In this document: positions 1 through 11,900 of the stretch, in pieces
Numbering within the stretch: the stretch's first letter is position 1
Layout of the letters: every line of letters starts with the position of its first letter
Origin: an uncultured Syntrophales bacterium
GTDB taxonomy: Bacteria; Desulfobacterota; Syntrophia; Syntrophales; JADFWA01
DNA: 64,000 bases
NCBI GenBank assembly: GCA_964454305.1
Contig: CAYVXX010000003.1
Location: forward strand, 74-64,073
Reading direction: 5' to 3'
The notes under the pieces: generated by a model
What the model was told of the DNA's origin: nothing
The model's input: the letters and a program-made list of their open reading frames with translations, nothing else
Database searches by the model: none
Program-made: the position numbers and the translations under genes

Positions 1-28
1 ATGCAACATCTCTTTCTGATTCGAACAA

Positions 29-883
29 CTAATCAGTCACTTTTTCAAATATCTGTTTTATTCCTTCCGCACTGCCTAAGGGTATCCCTATATGTTGGGG
101 AGGAACCGAGTAATCTCGAGGGTTTATTCGAATCAGAGTGCCGCCGTTCGACTGGACTACGTGTTCGGATTTCATCCTGACGGTTGGGACGGATTCCCCT
201 GCGCCCATTTCAACCACCACTAAGTTCATTTTTTCATCGTATACTCTTTTCAACCATTTTCTCATTCGCCGGCTTTGTTCATCGGTTCTGTGGGGGAGCC
301 AATCCCAGTCGCCAAACATCAGGATATTGGGTCTGGCAACCATGCCGCAGTCTGCACATTTGGGCAATGGTTCTTCTGCCTTGAACGTATCTTCGTTTAC
401 TTCAACCTCTGTCCGGTTTGCATCCCATATTTTATGACTGCAAACGTTGCTGCATTGAAGATGATGGATTGAACCATGGCACTCTTCTATAAGGTCTTTT
501 TTATAACCGGCTTTCTGGAATTGTCCATCGACATTAGATGTGAAGACAAAATAACCCCCTATTTTCTGTTCAGCTATTTCCAGAAGCCGGGTAAAACCTT
601 TATGCGGTTCTGTTTTTCTGTAAAGATTTAACCGGTGCCCATAGAATGCCCAGGCTAATTGGGGGTCGTTGTGAAACCACCTTGGACTTGCCATCTCGAC
701 AAAAGATAGCCCAAGTTTGGCAATAGGCGGGTAAGCTTTCCAAAACCCTTTGTTTCCCCTGAAATCGGGCAGCCCTGAATCAACGCCTATGCCTGCTCCT
801 GCAGTGATCAGAACCGCATCTGCATGTTTAAGCGCCAATGCGGCTTTTTTTATATCTTCTTTTATTTTCATTGGAGTGAACAC
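29..883 (-). CDS. Sir2-family NAD-dependent protein deacylase
   Basis: 284-aa ORF. Sirtuin NAD-binding motif GAGIGVDSGLPDFRG, TSNVDG, catalytic-His region ECHGSIHHLQC, then Cys pairs (CSNVC ... CADC) of the Zn module. Confidence 0.85.
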   Translation of the reverse strand: MFTPMKIKEDIKKAALALKHADAVLITAGAGIGVDSGLPDFRGNKGFWKAYPPIAKLGLSFVEMASPRWFHNDPQLAWAFYGHRLNLYRKTEPHKGFTRLLEIAEQKIGGYFVFTSNVDGQFQKAGYKKDLIEECHGSIHHLQCSNVCSHKIWDANRTEVEVNEDTFKAEEPLPKCADCGMVARPNILMFGDWDWLPHRTDEQSRRMRKWLKRVYDEKMNLVVVEMGAGESVPTVRMKSEHVVQSNGGTLIRINPRDYSVPPQHIGIPLGSAEGIKQIFEKVTD

Positions 884-914
884 ACCCGTCCGTACAATCA
901 GGGCAGTTATATGC

Positions 915-1370
915 TTACTTCATTTTGTGTTTGTCAATCGTCTCTTTAAGATGAGCCACGTATCGTTCTGCTCCTCCTCTTCGGTAACCTGTTGTCCCTA
1001 CAAAATCTCCATCGGGGCTCAGTATGATGATGGTAGGAAAACCGCGAACTTTAAATTTTTCCATTAACTTTCCATTTTCTTCCTTGCGCTTTTTGCTCTG
1101 GTATTTTTTACTCGGGAAGTCAATCAACACATAAACCAGTTTTTCTTTTGCAAATGTTTTGAATGCCTCATTGCTCAATACTTCTTTCTCCAGTTTTATG
1201 CACCACGGACACCAATCTGATCCGCTGAAGTTGAGTAGAAGATACTTGCCTGAAGTTTTCGCTTCCGATGAAGCTTTTTCAAAATCTTCATTCCGGTTTT
1301 CGGCTTGTGCTGCGACGCCAAAGGATAAAATAATTGTAATCAGAAAACCTGTGATAAAAGCTTTTTTCAT
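915..1370 (-). CDS. secreted thioredoxin-fold protein (CxxC)
   Basis: N-terminal signal peptide (MKKAFITGFLITIILSFGVAAQA) and redox motif DWCPWC in a thioredoxin-like context. ATG at 1370 follows AAGGAG by 8 nt and is preferred over the GTG at 1379. Confidence 0.8.
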   Translation of the reverse strand: MKKAFITGFLITIILSFGVAAQAENRNEDFEKASSEAKTSGKYLLLNFSGSDWCPWCIKLEKEVLSNEAFKTFAKEKLVYVLIDFPSKKYQSKKRKEENGKLMEKFKVRGFPTIIILSPDGDFVGTTGYRRGGAERYVAHLKETIDKHKMK

Positions 1371-1421
1371 TGCGCACACTCCTTTAGTAATTTTACAGAT
1401 TGATATTATAATGCCATTTTT

Positions 1422-3053
1422 CTATTGTTCAGTTAAATCTTCAATTTCTTCCGGGCTGTAACCAAGGGATTTAAAATCCAGTCGCCCGCCTGCTTTTATA
1501 TGGCAATCTTTGCATGTTAAAGCGTCTTTAGCCGGGGCGATACTATGGAACTGCTGGAAGTACATGGGAGACTTTCTTATTATGGCAGAACCATAACGTC
1601 CGTTTTGCCATTGATGCAACTGTTTTAGCGTGGTGTCCTTTTTTCCTTTACCGCCGGCGCGTGCCACGAATGCTTTTGGGACAGGGTGGCCATTCAAATA
1701 TCCATGAGGATCATCCAGGACTTCAGTGGTGGTCCCGTCATCAAAAAGTATCGTTTCAACTACTGAAAATGGTGTAATACGGCTGTTGTTATCTTCACGA
1801 CTTCCTGTCGGGTGTGGAATCTCGGTACACAGGACATCAGGATTATACCAGGCATATACGGGCTTAAAACCGGCTTTTTTCATGATCTTGTAGCAGTCCA
1901 CCATATCGTTTATCTGCTGGTTCATCTTTTCAGGTGTCGCCATTCCAAAAAGCTTGGCAATCGGCATCATCCATTGATATTGCTTCATCATTTTTTCCAT
2001 ATCCATTCCCGGGAGCCAGTTGATCTGTTTTGCACCAGGGTATGTTTTCGGGATATGACAGACCTCGCACGTAATTCTATGCAAGTGTTCATTCAAAGCA
2101 TCTTTGTTTGTACCTTCATGTGGTTCATCGCCATGACATTCCATACAGGTTTTCATGGTTCCGCGTAATTCAGGTGTGCCTATTGCGTCGAGTATTTTAC
2201 CTTTTCCAATCTGATGATTTTTTGTAATGTGACATTCCTGACACCTTATTCCGGCGGCATAATGAACGTCAGTAGGACTACCCTTGAAAAGGCCGTATCG
2301 AGTACCCCGTTTGCCGTTTGTACGCCAATGGCAGAAATTACAATTGTCCGGAGTCGGCTTTCCGACACGAAGTTCCACCCCTTCCATAGCTTTTACTGCG
2401 ATATCGGACAGATCAAGCTTTTTCATGTTTCCACCCACTTTTGCCCCGGCCATCATTAAGGAGGAAAGACGCGCGCCGTTGCTCAATACCATTTTGCCAT
2501 GCTTATCTATACCCGCGGGTGACCTGCCCAAGCCCTGTCCGCCCTTGTAACCGCTCTTTTGGTGGCATATAAGGCAGTCAACGTCCATCCCGTACGGCTT
2601 TAATACTCCGCCTCCGGGATGGCACTGAGCGCAGAAAATAGCTTCCATCTGCCGCCAGTGTTTCTCAGGTTCAGCCGTCCGGTCAAGATTGGAGAGCGGG
2701 TACCATCGAGTATACATACCTGTATCTACAGCTTTTGAAGGATCGTAAGCAATTTTACCGTCTTTTGTGATTCGTCCCTGATGCACATGGTAACTGTTGC
2801 TTATTTCCCTGTATTCTTTCTGATGACAGGCGTAACAAGCCTCAGATCCCTTGTAACTACCGAGCTGTCTGAAAACGCGGCTGTGCATCTCTTCAATGCG
2901 AAGCTCTTCTTCGTTTGATTGAAAGGTGACGGGAGCGAGTCCCGGTATAGCAATCTGTTTTTTGGAAACACAAGTGACAATCAGGAAGAAGGAGAAAATA
3001 CAGAAAAACAGAAAAAAACTTGTTTTAGTTTGTTTCTTCATAGTCGTCCTCAT
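1422..3053 (-). CDS. octahaem c-type cytochrome, membrane-anchored or secreted
   Basis: Eight CxxCH motifs counted: CYACH, CAQCH, CLICH, CNFCH, CQECH, CMECH, CEVCH, CKDCH. Hydrophobic N-terminus. Start overlaps the upstream stop as ATGA. Confidence 0.85.
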   Translation of the reverse strand: MRTTMKKQTKTSFFLFFCIFSFFLIVTCVSKKQIAIPGLAPVTFQSNEEELRIEEMHSRVFRQLGSYKGSEACYACHQKEYREISNSYHVHQGRITKDGKIAYDPSKAVDTGMYTRWYPLSNLDRTAEPEKHWRQMEAIFCAQCHPGGGVLKPYGMDVDCLICHQKSGYKGGQGLGRSPAGIDKHGKMVLSNGARLSSLMMAGAKVGGNMKKLDLSDIAVKAMEGVELRVGKPTPDNCNFCHWRTNGKRGTRYGLFKGSPTDVHYAAGIRCQECHITKNHQIGKGKILDAIGTPELRGTMKTCMECHGDEPHEGTNKDALNEHLHRITCEVCHIPKTYPGAKQINWLPGMDMEKMMKQYQWMMPIAKLFGMATPEKMNQQINDMVDCYKIMKKAGFKPVYAWYNPDVLCTEIPHPTGSREDNNSRITPFSVVETILFDDGTTTEVLDDPHGYLNGHPVPKAFVARAGGKGKKDTTLKQLHQWQNGRYGSAIIRKSPMYFQQFHSIAPAKDALTCKDCHIKAGGRLDFKSLGYSPEEIEDLTEQ

Positions 3054-4198
3054 TTAGAAATGTTCGATGTTTCTCTCCGGGGATTCCATGATACATCTGC
3101 TTTAAGATTTAACGCCCCGGCAATCGATTCCCATGGTGTCACCAGGACGGGGCAACGGTTGCTGCCTTTCTGATCAGTGTGACAAACAAATAAACCTTTG
3201 GGAAACCTGCTGATACCGAGACAAACATTAGTCACATCGATTCCATCTGTATGTATCGCACCATCAATATGGAAGGTTCCAAGGAACGTATCTTCTTTTC
3301 CAAGTTGATAGACTTTAACGGAGTTTCGTGACTGATTTGAAACCATCAAATAACCTTCTTTAGCATGTGATTTATAAATAGCAAGACCTTCTACATCAGA
3401 CATCAAACCGTTCTTCCATGTTTTTATTATAAGTTCTCCCGGCGTTGGCTCACCCGGTTCAGCACCGACTTTCCAGACACCTGTATCTTCCTGGGCAATG
3501 TAAAGGGCACATGATTCATCGTCAGCAACGGCACCTTCACAGCCGGACAGATCCCACTGGCGAATTTTCCTTCCGGTTATCTTACCTTTGCCATCGTCGA
3601 ACAACTCAAACTGTTCAATCCCGTCTTTGCCTTTGGTCTCCGCGGTCTTGATAAAATAAAATTTATCTGTTTTCTGGCTGTGATACAACGTACCGCCGAC
3701 TCCTTTGCCCGTAAGAATCGAGTTGTCATCGACCCTTCTTAATAGGCGAGTTTTCGGTTCTACGGCAAAAACGATGATCCTATGTCCGTTTTTTCGCTGC
3801 AGATATGCCACTATATCTACTTTTCCACCTCCAAGCGGAAAACCGTACCTGACATCAATGTTTCCGGGTTTCGGCATTGATAATACCTGAAGAACTCTGC
3901 CCTCAAGATCATACACAAAAACCTTTTCCGCTTCCTTGTCCGCGGTGATGATGACACTTTTCGAAGGTTCTGCGGGATGAATCCAGACACACATATCATC
4001 CTGGTCGATGGAACCCTCGGCAAGCAGCTTCATCGTAGGCTTTACTGTGTTGATAGTTTCCGGGTGAAAGAGATACCATGTAAATGAGAGATGGGTGAGT
4101 GCAATAAAAAACAGGACAACCAGGAGACGTTTAACGTTTCTGGAACTGAAGAATTTTTTATAAATTACGTGATAACTGCCCATAACCTGTTCACTCAT
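3050..4198 (-). CDS. membrane-anchored beta-propeller protein (BPP / 3-phytase-like domain)
   Basis: N-terminal TM helix (LLVVLFFIALTHLSFTWYLF). The rest resembles beta-propeller phytase domains (DDMCVWIHP..., VFVYDLEGR..., NIDVRYGF). Enzymatic function not established. Confidence 0.55.
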   Translation of the reverse strand: MSEQVMGSYHVIYKKFFSSRNVKRLLVVLFFIALTHLSFTWYLFHPETINTVKPTMKLLAEGSIDQDDMCVWIHPAEPSKSVIITADKEAEKVFVYDLEGRVLQVLSMPKPGNIDVRYGFPLGGGKVDIVAYLQRKNGHRIIVFAVEPKTRLLRRVDDNSILTGKGVGGTLYHSQKTDKFYFIKTAETKGKDGIEQFELFDDGKGKITGRKIRQWDLSGCEGAVADDESCALYIAQEDTGVWKVGAEPGEPTPGELIIKTWKNGLMSDVEGLAIYKSHAKEGYLMVSNQSRNSVKVYQLGKEDTFLGTFHIDGAIHTDGIDVTNVCLGISRFPKGLFVCHTDQKGSNRCPVLVTPWESIAGALNLKADVSWNPRRETSNISK

Positions 4199-4700
4199 TC
4201 CGGGATAACTAAAACATTACCCGCAGCGACTCAGCAAAGCTGTACCGCTATCCACCGGAGTGAAAGTTGGATGAGAGGCAAGCAGTGTCAATGCCTCAAG
4301 ATATATCTGGTCATTATCATAACTCCCTCTTGTGCCTCAATAATATGCTCACAAACTCTTTAAAAATCTCTCATGCAAAACGTAATAAGTGTTGCGAGCC
4401 GTTTATCGCCACGAACAGTCTTTCGGGAAAAGCCGCGGTTTTTTTCGGAGGAGTTGTTGACCTGTTATTTGGCACATATGTTTTTAATATTGCATTTACA
4501 GGTAAAAATCTCAAACTATTCTTTAAAAACAAGGATTATGTCCCCACCATTTTCCAACAGAAAAATATTCGCGGTTTTTTACCGTTTCTGTTGATTTCTG
4601 AATGATCACGTAATTTAATTTTCATTGAAATTACGCTGATCTGCTGATAGACAATAATTTATTTAAAACATTTTTCTGATATTCCATATGGAGATATTTT

Positions 4701-5840
4701 ATGACGGGCAACATGAAGAAGATCGAAGTTGTTCCGATTCCGAACAGGAAAAAAGATATCAAGCAATTTGTCCTGTTTTCATGGAAAATATACAAAGATA
4801 ATTCATATTGGGTTCCGCCCATCATATCTGACCAGATGAAGTTCATCACCCAAGGCAGCTATCACGATACCGGTGTAATACAAGCTTTTATGGCCTATCG
4901 AAATGGAGACCCTGTAGGTCGCATTATCGCACATTATGACACACGATATAATGCATTATTTCAAAAAGCCCGGGGATGTATTGGTTTCTTCGAATGTGTC
5001 GATGACAAAGAGGTGTCAAGGGCGCTATTCGACACATCCCGAAAATGGCTGGTCGAAAAGGGAATGAATGAAATGTACGGGCCGCTGAATTTCACGAATT
5101 ATGACGCATCCGGGCTGTTAATGGACGACTATGAAAACGACACAGCCCTGGAATTGAATTATAACCTCCCCTATTATACCGAACTCTTTGAAGACTATGG
5201 TTTTCATAAGGTGATTGACTGGTATGCTTATAGATTTACTCGCGATCAGGATCTGCCGGATATAGCGTATAGATTAAAAGAAAGAATAATTAACAACAGA
5301 TCGGGAATCCGTTTTCGAAACGCAGATTTTAAAAATTATTGGGAAGAAGCCCGCAGTATGCTTGGAGTGTTTAACAAGGCATGGGAAGAAAACTGGGGGC
5401 ACCTGCCGCTGACGGAACGTCAATGGCACCATTATGCAAAGGAAGTAAAAACGGTGGCAAAACCCGAATTTGTCATGTTGGCTGAAAAAGAAGGTCAGGT
5501 CATAGGGTACATATTGGCCGTTCCCGATGTTAATCAGGTTCTAAAGCGCATAAACGGTCGACTATTTCCGTTTGGACTATTCAAAATAATATTGGGATTG
5601 AGGAAGATAAACAGGATTAAAATATATCATATGGGGGTCTTGCCAAAATTTCGAAAACAGGGTATTGAAACTTTGTTCATTCTCGAAATCTACGAACGGG
5701 CGAAAAAAAAGGGGTATAAAGAAGCCGATATATCACTCGTTGTAGAAAACAATACGAGCCTTATCCGACTTCTTGATAGATTCGGAGCGGAACGTTATAA
5801 AACTTACCGTCACTTCACCAAGTCTATTGCCGTGAGATAA
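4701..5840 (+). CDS. GNAT-fold N-acyltransferase-like protein
   Basis: 379 aa. C-terminal acyl-CoA N-acyltransferase core (GVLPKFRKQGIETLFILEIYERAKKKGY). GGAG RBS 7 nt before the ATG. Lies 140 nt upstream of the PKS on the same strand. Confidence 0.6.
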   Translation: MTGNMKKIEVVPIPNRKKDIKQFVLFSWKIYKDNSYWVPPIISDQMKFITQGSYHDTGVIQAFMAYRNGDPVGRIIAHYDTRYNALFQKARGCIGFFECVDDKEVSRALFDTSRKWLVEKGMNEMYGPLNFTNYDASGLLMDDYENDTALELNYNLPYYTELFEDYGFHKVIDWYAYRFTRDQDLPDIAYRLKERIINNRSGIRFRNADFKNYWEEARSMLGVFNKAWEENWGHLPLTERQWHHYAKEVKTVAKPEFVMLAEKEGQVIGYILAVPDVNQVLKRINGRLFPFGLFKIILGLRKINRIKIYHMGVLPKFRKQGIETLFILEIYERAKKKGYKEADISLVVENNTSLIRLLDRFGAERYKTYRHFTKSIAVR

Positions 5841-5980
5841 AAGAGCTTTATCGACAGACCGGAGAGTTTGTCTGATGAGATCCTTTTTATCGGGAAGGTA
5901 TTCCCTATATTTTTTGATTGAGCTTCGATCTTTTTCCTGACTCGTTTTTCCACTGCCCTTATTATGGGGAGAATTAAGAT

Positions 5981-8900
5981 ATGATATCTCATGAAGAAGT
6001 CACGCTAAAAGATACAACAGGGCACATCGCCATTGTCGGCATAGGGTGCCGTTTCCCCGGCGGGATTTCTTCACCGGCGTCTTTCTGGGACTTTCTGTGC
6101 AGCGGTGGAGACGGTATTTCCCATGTGCCCGCCGATCGTTGGGACATAAAAACTTTCTATCATCCTGACAGAGAGAAGAAGGGAAAGGTCTACACTCAAA
6201 AAGGCGGCTTCTTAAGCGAGATAGACCGGTTTGACCCTCAATTCTTCGGCATCTCGCCACGAGAGGCTTCCCATATGGATCCGCAGCAGCGGCTACTCCT
6301 GGAAGTTACATGGGAGGCTCTTGAAGACGGTGGAATGGTTCCTGAGAAACTGGCGGGGACAAACGTTGGCGTGTTTGTCGGACTTTTCATGCACGATTAC
6401 GAGAATATCCATACCGCCGCCACCGAACATGCACTGTATGATCCCCATTCGGTAACGGGAATGTCTACCACGATTGCCGCCAACCGTCTTTCCTATGTCT
6501 TCGACTTCAGAGGACCGAGCATGGTGATTGATACAGCCTGCTCTTCATCATTAGTTGCCGTTCATCTGGCATGCCGGAGCCTGCGGGAAAAGGAAACATC
6601 GCTTGCCGTGGCCGGCGGCGTAAACGTATTGATCAAACCGGAGATTGTCATGACCCTCTGTCAGGCTTCCATGCTCTCGCCGGACGGATACTGTAAAAGT
6701 TTTGACGCCCGGGCAAATGGATATGCCCGATCAGAGGGCGCAGGCGTCGTCGTTATGAAACGACTGACCGATGCACTGGCCGACGGTGACCCCATATATG
6801 CCGTTATTCGAGGGAGCGCGGTTAACCAGGACGGGCGCAGTGAAGGGATCACCGTGCCGAGTGGTGATGCACAGAAGGCAGTTGTTCAAGAGGCGCTCCG
6901 GACAGCCGGCGTTGCACCCCACACTGTAAGTTACGTCGAGGCCCACGGGACGGGCACCCCGGTGGGCGATCTTATCGAAGCGGAGGCCCTCGGTACGATC
7001 CTTTCGAAAGGACGATCCAACGAAAACCGCTGCATTGTCGGTTCCGTGAAGAGCAACATCGGTCATACCGAGTCCGCCGCGGGCGTCGCAAGTCTGATCA
7101 AGGTTGCCCTGATGCTGCGACATCACCGGATACCGCCGAACCTCCACTTTGAAACACCTAATCCCGAAATACAATTCGACCGGTTGAAACTGAGAGTGCC
7201 TACGTCACTGGAGACGTGGACAATTGAAGGTAACGCTCCACGGATTGCCGGTATCAACTCCTTCGGTTTCGGCGGGACAAATGCCCATGTCGTTCTCCAG
7301 GAGTTTGATGGTCCCGTAACTCCTGATACCGCAAAGTCGGACAGCTCTAAAAATGCCATATGCCTGGTGCCTCTCTCGGCAAACAGCCAAGAAGCCCTGC
7401 GTGAACTTGCACGCCGGCATTATGAAATGCTCGTGTCTGATACGTCCGGCAGTATGACCCTTTATGACCTCGGATTTACCGCATCACTGTGCAGGGGACA
7501 CCATTCGAAACGTATGACAATCGCGGCCCGTTCTCTGGAGGATTATCGGGAACATCTCGAAGCCTTTTTAAGAGGCGAGAGACGTCCCGGTTTATCTCTC
7601 GGTAGCGCGCGGCACGGTACGAAGCCGAAGATTGCCTTTGTGTTTTCGGGTATGGGGCAGCAGTGGTGGGCAATGGGTCGGCGGTTACTGGAAGAGGAGC
7701 CGGTATTCAGAAACATTATTGATGAGTGCGATGCCCTGTTCGGGCGACACACCGGGGAATGGTCGTTGATTGGTATCCTGACTGCCGACGAGGATCAATC
7801 GAATATTGATGAAACCATGTTTGCCCAGCCGTCTATCTTTTCCATTCAGGTAGCGCTCGCCGGTTTGTTACGTTCCCGGGGCATCGTGCCTGATGCGATC
7901 GTTGGGCACAGCGTGGGAGAGATCGCCGCGGCTTATACAGCGGGTGCGCTCACCCTTGAAGATGCCGTAAAAGTCTGTTATCACCGCAGTCGTCTGCAGC
8001 ATACACTTGCAGGGCGCGGCGCCATGCTCGCAGTAGGCCTTTCGGCGGAGGATGTCGAAAAGCGTTTCGATGTTTTGCTTCAGGATGTCTCCATGGCGGC
8101 GTTCAACAGCCCGAACTCTGTGACCCTTTCCGGCGATAAAAAGACTCTTGAAGAGATTGCGGCTGTACTGGAAGCCGAGAAGGTATTTGGCCGGTTTCTT
8201 AAGGTGGATGTGCCGTATCATAGTCCCTCAATGGATCCTGTCCTTCAGGATCTGGAGGATTCCCTCAGAACGATCACGCCCCATCCTGTTTCCGCGATTC
8301 TTGTCTCGACTGTTACGGGTAAGACCATTGATGGACAAGATATGAACGGTGGGTACTGGTGCCTTAACGCGAGGGAACCGATCCTGTTTCAAGAAGCGAT
8401 GGATGAACTGGTACGTCATGGATGTGATCTTTTTGTAGAGATCGGCGCCCACCCGGTTCTATCTGCCTCCATTATGGAATGTCTTGACAGTGCAGGGATC
8501 AAAGGAATTGTGGTTCCTACTCTTCGACGCGCGCATGATGAGGAGATTTCCATAGCAAGAGTTGCGGGAGAGCTCTACTGCAGCGGTTACCATCTCGACT
8601 GGAGAGAAAGATACGCCGGCGAAGGGAGATTCATAAAGCTTCCCACCTATCCATGGCAGAAAGAGCATTACTGGACGGAATCGGAGGAGTCGCGACAGGC
8701 ACGTACCGGGGAAGGGATGCTATCCGTCAGGATGGGGGTGGGGCCTAAAGCCCACCCGCTTCTCGGTGGCAGGCTGGCGGCGGCTCTGCCGACATGGAGT
8801 GCCTCCATCGATCTCGAAGACCTGAATTATCTAAGAGATCACATGATCCAGGGTTCTATGGTGTTCCCCGGTGCGGGATATGTGGAGATGGCCCTCGCAG

Positions 8901-11900
8901 GGGCCCGGCAAATCAACGGTTATGGTTCGTATGTCCTGGAATCCGTCTCATTTACAGCCCCCCTTATTTTACGGGGCGAGGCGTCACCCATTGTTCAGTT
9001 CGTCATGGAGGGTGATGAAACCTTCTCCGTTTACAGCAAGTCTGCCGATGACAAACAAAGCTGGGTTAAACATGCCGGCGGAAAACTGCGACCGAACGGA
9101 AGAGAAGAAACGCTTCAAACAATTTCCGTATCGGGGATCAGGAAACGATGCAGTGAAGAAATACCGGTTGAGACTTTCTATAATCGTTTTCGAAGCCTCG
9201 GTCTCGACTACGGGCCTGCATTTCGGAACATCAAAACCATATATACGGGTGAAAGGGAGTCTCTCGGTATGATCGAGACAAACACCGACACTGACGGAGA
9301 TGAAAAAACCTATTATCTCCATCCGGCTACCCTTGATGCCTGTTTCCAGCTCCTCGGAGTGCTCTCCCCCGGCGGGACCTTTCTTCCCGTGGGGATCGAC
9401 AGGATAAGCACCTGGTCACGTCCAAACGGACAGATATGGGGGCATGCCCGCCTCGTTGAACAGAGCGGACGCAGGATCAGGGGCGATATCTCCCTTCTTG
9501 ATGATTCGGGGAATATCCTTGTAGAAATTAAGGGGCTTCGCTGTCGCAATATAGAAGAGACGTCGGCGGAATTCCTCGACGACCTCCTGTATCAGTATGA
9601 ATGGCGTTTGACACCTCTGGGTGGTGGTGAGTCGTCATACCGTGACGCCCGCTATTTGCCGGCTCCGGGTCGAATAAAGGCGGGGCTTGAACCTGTCCTG
9701 AAGGAAATCCTCGAGATGTATTCCCGGAAGGAATACTACAGCGTCATCGAACCGAAGCTGAACGCTCTTTGCACGGCATATATTGTGGAAGGCATGCGAA
9801 CCCTCGGCTTTCAATTCGGCGGTCAGGAACCCTTCACCACTGAAGAGTTTTGCAGCCGTTTCGGCATTGCATTGCAACATGGAAAGCTGTGTGAACGATT
9901 ACTGTCCATGCTGGCGAAAGAGGGGTGGCTCAGCGGCAACGGCCGAGAATGGAAAGTTGGAAAGAAACGAAAAGCGACGTCGCCGCAGAAACTCTGGAAC
10001 GCTCTGATGACGGAACACCCCGAATGCCAGGCGGAGTTGATACTGATCGACCGGTGCGGATCGAAACTTGTCGAGGTCCTCCGCGGTGATGAAGATCCTC
10101 TGGGACTGATTTTTGAACCGGGATCGACCGTGGCGGAACACCTGTATTATCATTCACCGACAATGAGAATATACAACCGGCTGTTGCGGGAGCTGATGTT
10201 GACCGTACTTGATCATCTCCCGGAGGGACAGACAATCCGAATCCTGGAAGTTGGTGCAGGTACCGGTGCGGTAACCTCCTTTCTACTTCCCATCCTTCAT
10301 GGGCGACAGGCAGAATACGTGTTTACCGATATATCGAAAACACTCATCAACGCCGCCCAGGAAGCATTCAGGGAATACCCTTTCGTTGAGTTTCGGCAGC
10401 TCGATATCGAAAAGGACCCTGTTGAGCAGGGGTTCGACCCGCACTCGTTCGACCTTGTCATAGCATCCGATGTGGTTCATGCAACGGAGAACCTGCACAG
10501 GACGCTGGACAACATCAAGCCCCTTCTGGCATCGGACGGCCTCGTAATGATGCTGGAGCTCACCAATCCGTCCTACCTGTTTGACCTGATATTCGGTATG
10601 CTCGACGGGTGGTGGCTTTTCTCCGATTACGACCTGCGTCCCGATCACGCGACAATGCCCCGGGCAGGCTGGGAAAATGTTCTCACTCGATGCGGTTTTT
10701 CCGATATTGTCATGATAGACGATCACATTGATGATCACGCACCGACACAATCGATAATTGTTACAAGAGGACCATCGATTGAGCCGCCCCTCACGGAGGG
10801 AGAGATCGGGATTTCGAAAGAAACATCTTCTCAAACGAAGCGACCCTGGTTGATTCTTGCTGACGAGTCAGGTATTTATCAGCAGCTAACCGTAATACTT
10901 GAAGAAAAAGGCATTTTACCTTCAATTATTAAAAGGGGAGATTCGTTTAAAGAAGTCGCACCCCGGTGTTTTACAATTCGTCCCAATGAGCCGGATGACG
11001 TCGAGCAGGCCATAGGCGCTCTGTGTCCTGACGGGGAATCATCGCCCGTAATTATCAATCTATGGAACGCAGAACCAGGCGATACGGTAATGACCGGGCA
11101 ATTATTGGAAGATACAGTTACAAACGCCTGCATGGAGGTTGCCGGGTTCGTTCAGGCACTCAGCAAAAGACCATGGGAAACCGTTCCTGATTTCTGGCTT
11201 GTGACCGGAGGGACACACCCGATAGGAAGTAACAGCGATATCGCATTGAATCAGACACCTCTCTGGGGATTCGGCCGCGTGATCATCACCGAACATCCGA
11301 ATATACGCCTCCGTCTTGTCGATCTGAGCCGGGTTCCGTCTGAAAGAGAACTGGTGAATTTCTGCGAGGAACTCCTTTCCGATAATAGTGAGGACGAGAT
11401 TGCTCTTCGCGGGAGCGATAGATATGTGCACCGCCTTGTGCAGACAACCGGCTGCAGCCGTCCCGATCCTGATGACGACTCTTTTACTCTTCACAAGACC
11501 CGGGCCAAATCTTCAAAGGATTTTTTGGTTATCGAGGCACAGCGGCACGTGCCCGGACCCGGGGAGGTCGAGCTTAAGGTATATGCCACGGGGCTCAATT
11601 TTAAAGATGTGGCCAAGGTATCAGGGCTCCTTGATGATCTTGACGACGATACTCTCTTTTCGCTCGGGATGGAAGCCTCCGGTGTTATTCTCCGTGTCGG
11701 GGAAGGAGTAAAGAATATAAAAGCGGGCGACAGTGTAATGGGGCTTGTTCAAACAGGTTTTTCAAATTATATCGTCACCGACGCGTATGGTCTTGTTCCG
11801 AAACCCGATCATCTTACCTTTGAACAGGCGGCAGGGATTCCCCTTACTTTCATGACGGCATTTCATGCTCTGCATTCTCTGGCGCGGATTCGCGAAGGAG

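Noticed and set aside
29-883. The Sir2 protein as part of an anti-phage defence system (Thoeris, DSR or SIR2-HerA type).
   Set aside because: It looks like a compact, stand-alone sirtuin deacylase with an intact Zn module. It lacks SLOG, TIR, HerA or helicase partners or fusion domains in the visible context. Its upstream neighbour is outside the window, so this cannot be fully excluded.
3050-4198. The phytase-like beta-propeller as a functional link to the inositol genes at 53.6-55.7 kb.
   Set aside because: The genes are 50 kb apart in different operons. The propeller is coupled to a cytochrome instead, and phytase catalytic residues cannot be verified by eye.
4470-4486. Sigma-54-like promoter TGGCAC-N5-TTTT upstream of the GNAT/PKS operon.
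   Set aside because: The -24 element is good, but the -12 element lacks the conserved GC (TTTT instead of TTGC). It lies more than 210 nt from the start codon, and no enhancer-binding-protein gene is nearby.
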